Source: Candidatus Rhabdochlamydia sp.
GTDB lineage: Bacteria; Chlamydiota; Chlamydiia; Chlamydiales; Rhabdochlamydiaceae
Reading direction: 5' to 3'
DNA length: 15,126 nucleotides
Assembly: GCA_051648645.1 (NCBI GenBank)
Contig: JBOFFP010000002.1
Coordinates: 1 to 15,126, forward strand
Shown here in pieces: positions 12,998 to 15,126 of this stretch. Within the stretch, counting starts at the first letter, position 1; each line of letters opens with the position of its first letter. The position numbers and the translations under genes were made by a program. The notes under the pieces were generated by a model. The model saw nothing but the letters and a program-made list of their open reading frames with translations, was not told where the DNA came from and searched no databases.

Positions 12998-15126
12998 TAG
13001 TTTTGATAAGCTGGTTCGAAAAAATAAGAATCTTCTTCGTAGTGATCTCCTTTATTTTCTTCATCTGAAGATGATCCTTCTTCTTTGGATGAGATTAAGC
13101 CCTTGTATTCATGAGTGTTTTTAAATGCTTGTTCGATTAAAAGCAGTATGTCTTCTTTTTCTTCCTGTGTAATAGAATTGAAACGCACGTAATCTGCTAA
13201 ACGATTCATTAGAATCAGACAAGAGCCGGGTTGTTGTTGCTCTAGGTCATTGATTAGTGTGCTTATAATCTCGTTTCTTTTTAGGATGTTTTCTTCATGT
13301 AGATCTTTTAAGTCTGCTAAGTCGTTTTTATGCTTCTCTTCTAGTTTGGCTATTTGTTTTTTCTCTAGAAATAATTGTTTAGTGATTATCTCTAGTTCTT
13401 GCAGAAGATCTGTATTTTCTGCAGAAGAGATATCTATTTCTTTTTGTTGCTTTACAGAGGTATATTGCACTCTTTGTAACTCTTTTAGCCGTGTATCTGA
13501 TTTAGATAATTGAAGGTTTAGGGAAGCTATTTCCTCCTCTAAGTCGGTAGTAATTTTTGTTTTTTTAGATAATTCTAATTCTAAACCTTTAATGGATGCT
13601 TCCATTTTTTCTATTGTTGTGATTTGGTTATTAGTATGATCTGCAAGGGGTTTAATGTTTTCGAGTTCTGCTTGAAGGTTATCTATTGTTGCTTTTAGAA
13701 TAATTCTCTCTTCATTTTCAATAGAAGTATCTTCTTCAGGGGCTGTTAAGGTGTAATAGGTAGTTTTAAGATTTAATAATTCTTCTGGAATAATAATATT
13801 GTCTGGAGAAGAAGGAGCTTGTTCTCTTGTAATATTATCCGCTTCTATAGGATTATTTGATGCTTTATAAGCTTCTAACATAGTTAGTATCTTTTCATCT
13901 AATTCTTGATGAACTTCGGATGCGCTTTGCAGCTCTTCATTTAATGCAGCAATTTGCTGATCTTTGGTAAAAAGATTTGCTTGCAAAAATTGGCTTGTAA
14001 TTTTTAATTGTTCTATTTCGGCTTGTAAAGTAGATTGTTCCGTTAGATTTTGATTAGCTTGAGCGAGTTGACTTTTGAGATCATTTTGTTCTAATTGTAA
14101 AGCTGTTTTTTCTTGTATTAGACTAGATAGATGTGTTTGTAAATCTAAAATCTCTTGTTGTTTTTCAGCTAAAAGTTGAGAGATTTTTTCGTGATCTTTA
14201 TTTGTAAGAGCAGTCTTTTTTTCTAAAGTATCTTTTTCTTGCTGTAATAGAGCTAGTTTATTTTGGATCTCTTGATAAGTTTTGGAGGAGTTTTGAGTCT
14301 GTTCGCTTAATACGGCAATTTGTTGATCTTTATCAAGAAGGCTTAGTTGTAGAGAAGTAGTAGAATTCGTTAACTTTTTAATTTCAGCTTGTAAAGCAGA
14401 TTGCGCTACTAGATTTCGATTAGCTTGAGCGAGTTGACTTTTGAGATTATTTTGTTCTAATTGTAAAGCTGCTTTTTCTCGTGTTAGGGCAGATAGTTGT
14501 GATTGCAAGTTAGGTAGAACATCAAGTTGTGTTTGTAAATCTAAAATCTCTTGTTGCTTTTTAGCTAAAAGCTGAGAAGTTTCTTCATGAGCTTTATTTG
14601 TAAGAGTAGTCCTTTTTTCTAAATCAGTTTTTTCTTGTTGCAATAGAGACAGTTTATTTTGGATTTCTTGATAAGCTTTGGATGAGTTTTGAATCTGTTC
14701 ATTTAATGCAGTGATTTGCTGATCTTTAGCAAGAAGAGTTGTTTGTAAAGATGTGCTGGAACTAGTTAGCTTTTTAATTTCGATTTGCAAGGAAGCTAGT
14801 TCTTCTAAATTTTGATTAGCTTGAGCGAGTTGATCTCTAAGTATTTTTTGTTCTGATTGTAAGACTTCTTTTTCTCGTGTTAGAGCAGATAGTTGTGATT
14901 GCAAGTTGGGTAGAACATCAAGTTGTGTTTGTAAATCTAAAATCTCTTGTTGCTTTTTAGCTAAAAGCTGAGAAGTTTCTTTGAGATCTTTATTTGTAAG
15001 AGTAGTTTTTTTTTCTAAATCAGCTTTTTCTTGTTGCAATAGAGACAGTTTATTTTGGATTTCTTGATAAGCTTTGGATGAGTTTTGAATCTGTTCATTT
15101 AATGCAGTGATTTGCTGATCTTTATC
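12994..15126 (-). CDS. Large coiled-coil tandem-repeat protein, 5' end outside the window
   Basis: The frame stays open from 15039 to the window edge (DKDQQITALNEQIQNSSKAYQEIQNKLSL), so the TTG at 15039 is an internal Leu codon. Q/L/E/K heptad-rich; at least 710 aa. Confidence 0.9.
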   Translation of the reverse strand, partial: DKDQQITALNEQIQNSSKAYQEIQNKLSLLQQEKADLEKKTTLTNKDLKETSQLLAKKQQEILDLQTQLDVLPNLQSQLSALTREKEVLQSEQKILRDQLAQANQNLEELASLQIEIKKLTSSSTSLQTTLLAKDQQITALNEQIQNSSKAYQEIQNKLSLLQQEKTDLEKRTTLTNKAHEETSQLLAKKQQEILDLQTQLDVLPNLQSQLSALTREKAALQLEQNNLKSQLAQANRNLVAQSALQAEIKKLTNSTTSLQLSLLDKDQQIAVLSEQTQNSSKTYQEIQNKLALLQQEKDTLEKKTALTNKDHEKISQLLAEKQQEILDLQTHLSSLIQEKTALQLEQNDLKSQLAQANQNLTEQSTLQAEIEQLKITSQFLQANLFTKDQQIAALNEELQSASEVHQELDEKILTMLEAYKASNNPIEADNITREQAPSSPDNIIIPEELLNLKTTYYTLTAPEEDTSIENEERIILKATIDNLQAELENIKPLADHTNNQITTIEKMEASIKGLELELSKKTKITTDLEEEIASLNLQLSKSDTRLKELQRVQYTSVKQQKEIDISSAENTDLLQELEIITKQLFLEKKQIAKLEEKHKNDLADLKDLHEENILKRNEIISTLINDLEQQQPGSCLILMNRLADYVRFNSITQEEKEDILLLIEQAFKNTHEYKGLISSKEEGSSSDEENKGDHYEEDSYFFEPAYQNY
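13930..15126 (-). repeat. Intragenic tandem repeat, 396-bp (132-aa) unit, at least 3 copies
   Basis: The anchor ATTTG(C/T)TGATCTTT (KDQQI on the minus strand) occurs at 13952, 14318, 14714 and 15110, giving spacings of 366, 396 and 396. 14629-14728 is identical to 15025-15124. Confidence 0.97.

Noticed and set aside
1719..13513. Short alternative-frame or antisense ORFs (1719-1904, 1916-2119, 3422-3625, 3953-4156, 5261-5452, 6584-6817, 7678-7893, 8662-8856, 9456-9659, 10853-11044, 12447-12659, 13250-13513)
   Set aside because: All overlap better-supported genes and show no recognisable motifs; they are treated as shadow ORFs.
15037..15039. TTG start for the coiled-coil gene
   Set aside because: The frame is open to the window edge, and this codon corresponds to a Leu in the next repeat unit.
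13930..15126. CRISPR array or mobile-element interpretation of the repeats
   Set aside because: The units are 396 bp, in frame and coding, with no unique spacers, cas genes, transposase or terminal inverted repeats.

Overview
AT-rich bacterial DNA from a member of the phylum Chlamydiae. The evidence is the Hc1/hctA gene, a long three-domain IspG and the hctA-rlmD-yajC gene order; an environmental lineage outside Chlamydiaceae is my inference. The window opens at the end of an rRNA operon (5S rRNA plus terminator). On the plus strand follow an Inc-like membrane/coiled-coil orphan, ispG and two hypothetical genes. A minus-strand run encodes a class IV aminotransferase, an RRM RNA-binding protein, a Uup-like ABC-F, a tandem-HTH-like orphan, a DUF2892 protein and an HI0933 flavoprotein. 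Then come hctA-rlmD-yajC and the 3' part of a large convergent coiled-coil gene built from 396-bp tandem repeats that runs off the window edge. I see no CRISPR array, transposase, integrase or recognisable defence system. Best leads: (1) a ~180-nt multi-hairpin leader upstream of the RRM gene whose CGUGUUG motif recurs beside the uup start codon, suggesting an RNA-based regulatory circuit; (2) an aminotransferase resembling non-canonical D-amino acid transaminases; (3) the mosaic 132-aa repeat protein with an acidic, Tyr-rich tail; (4) several effector-like orphans. All functional interpretations are untested hypotheses.
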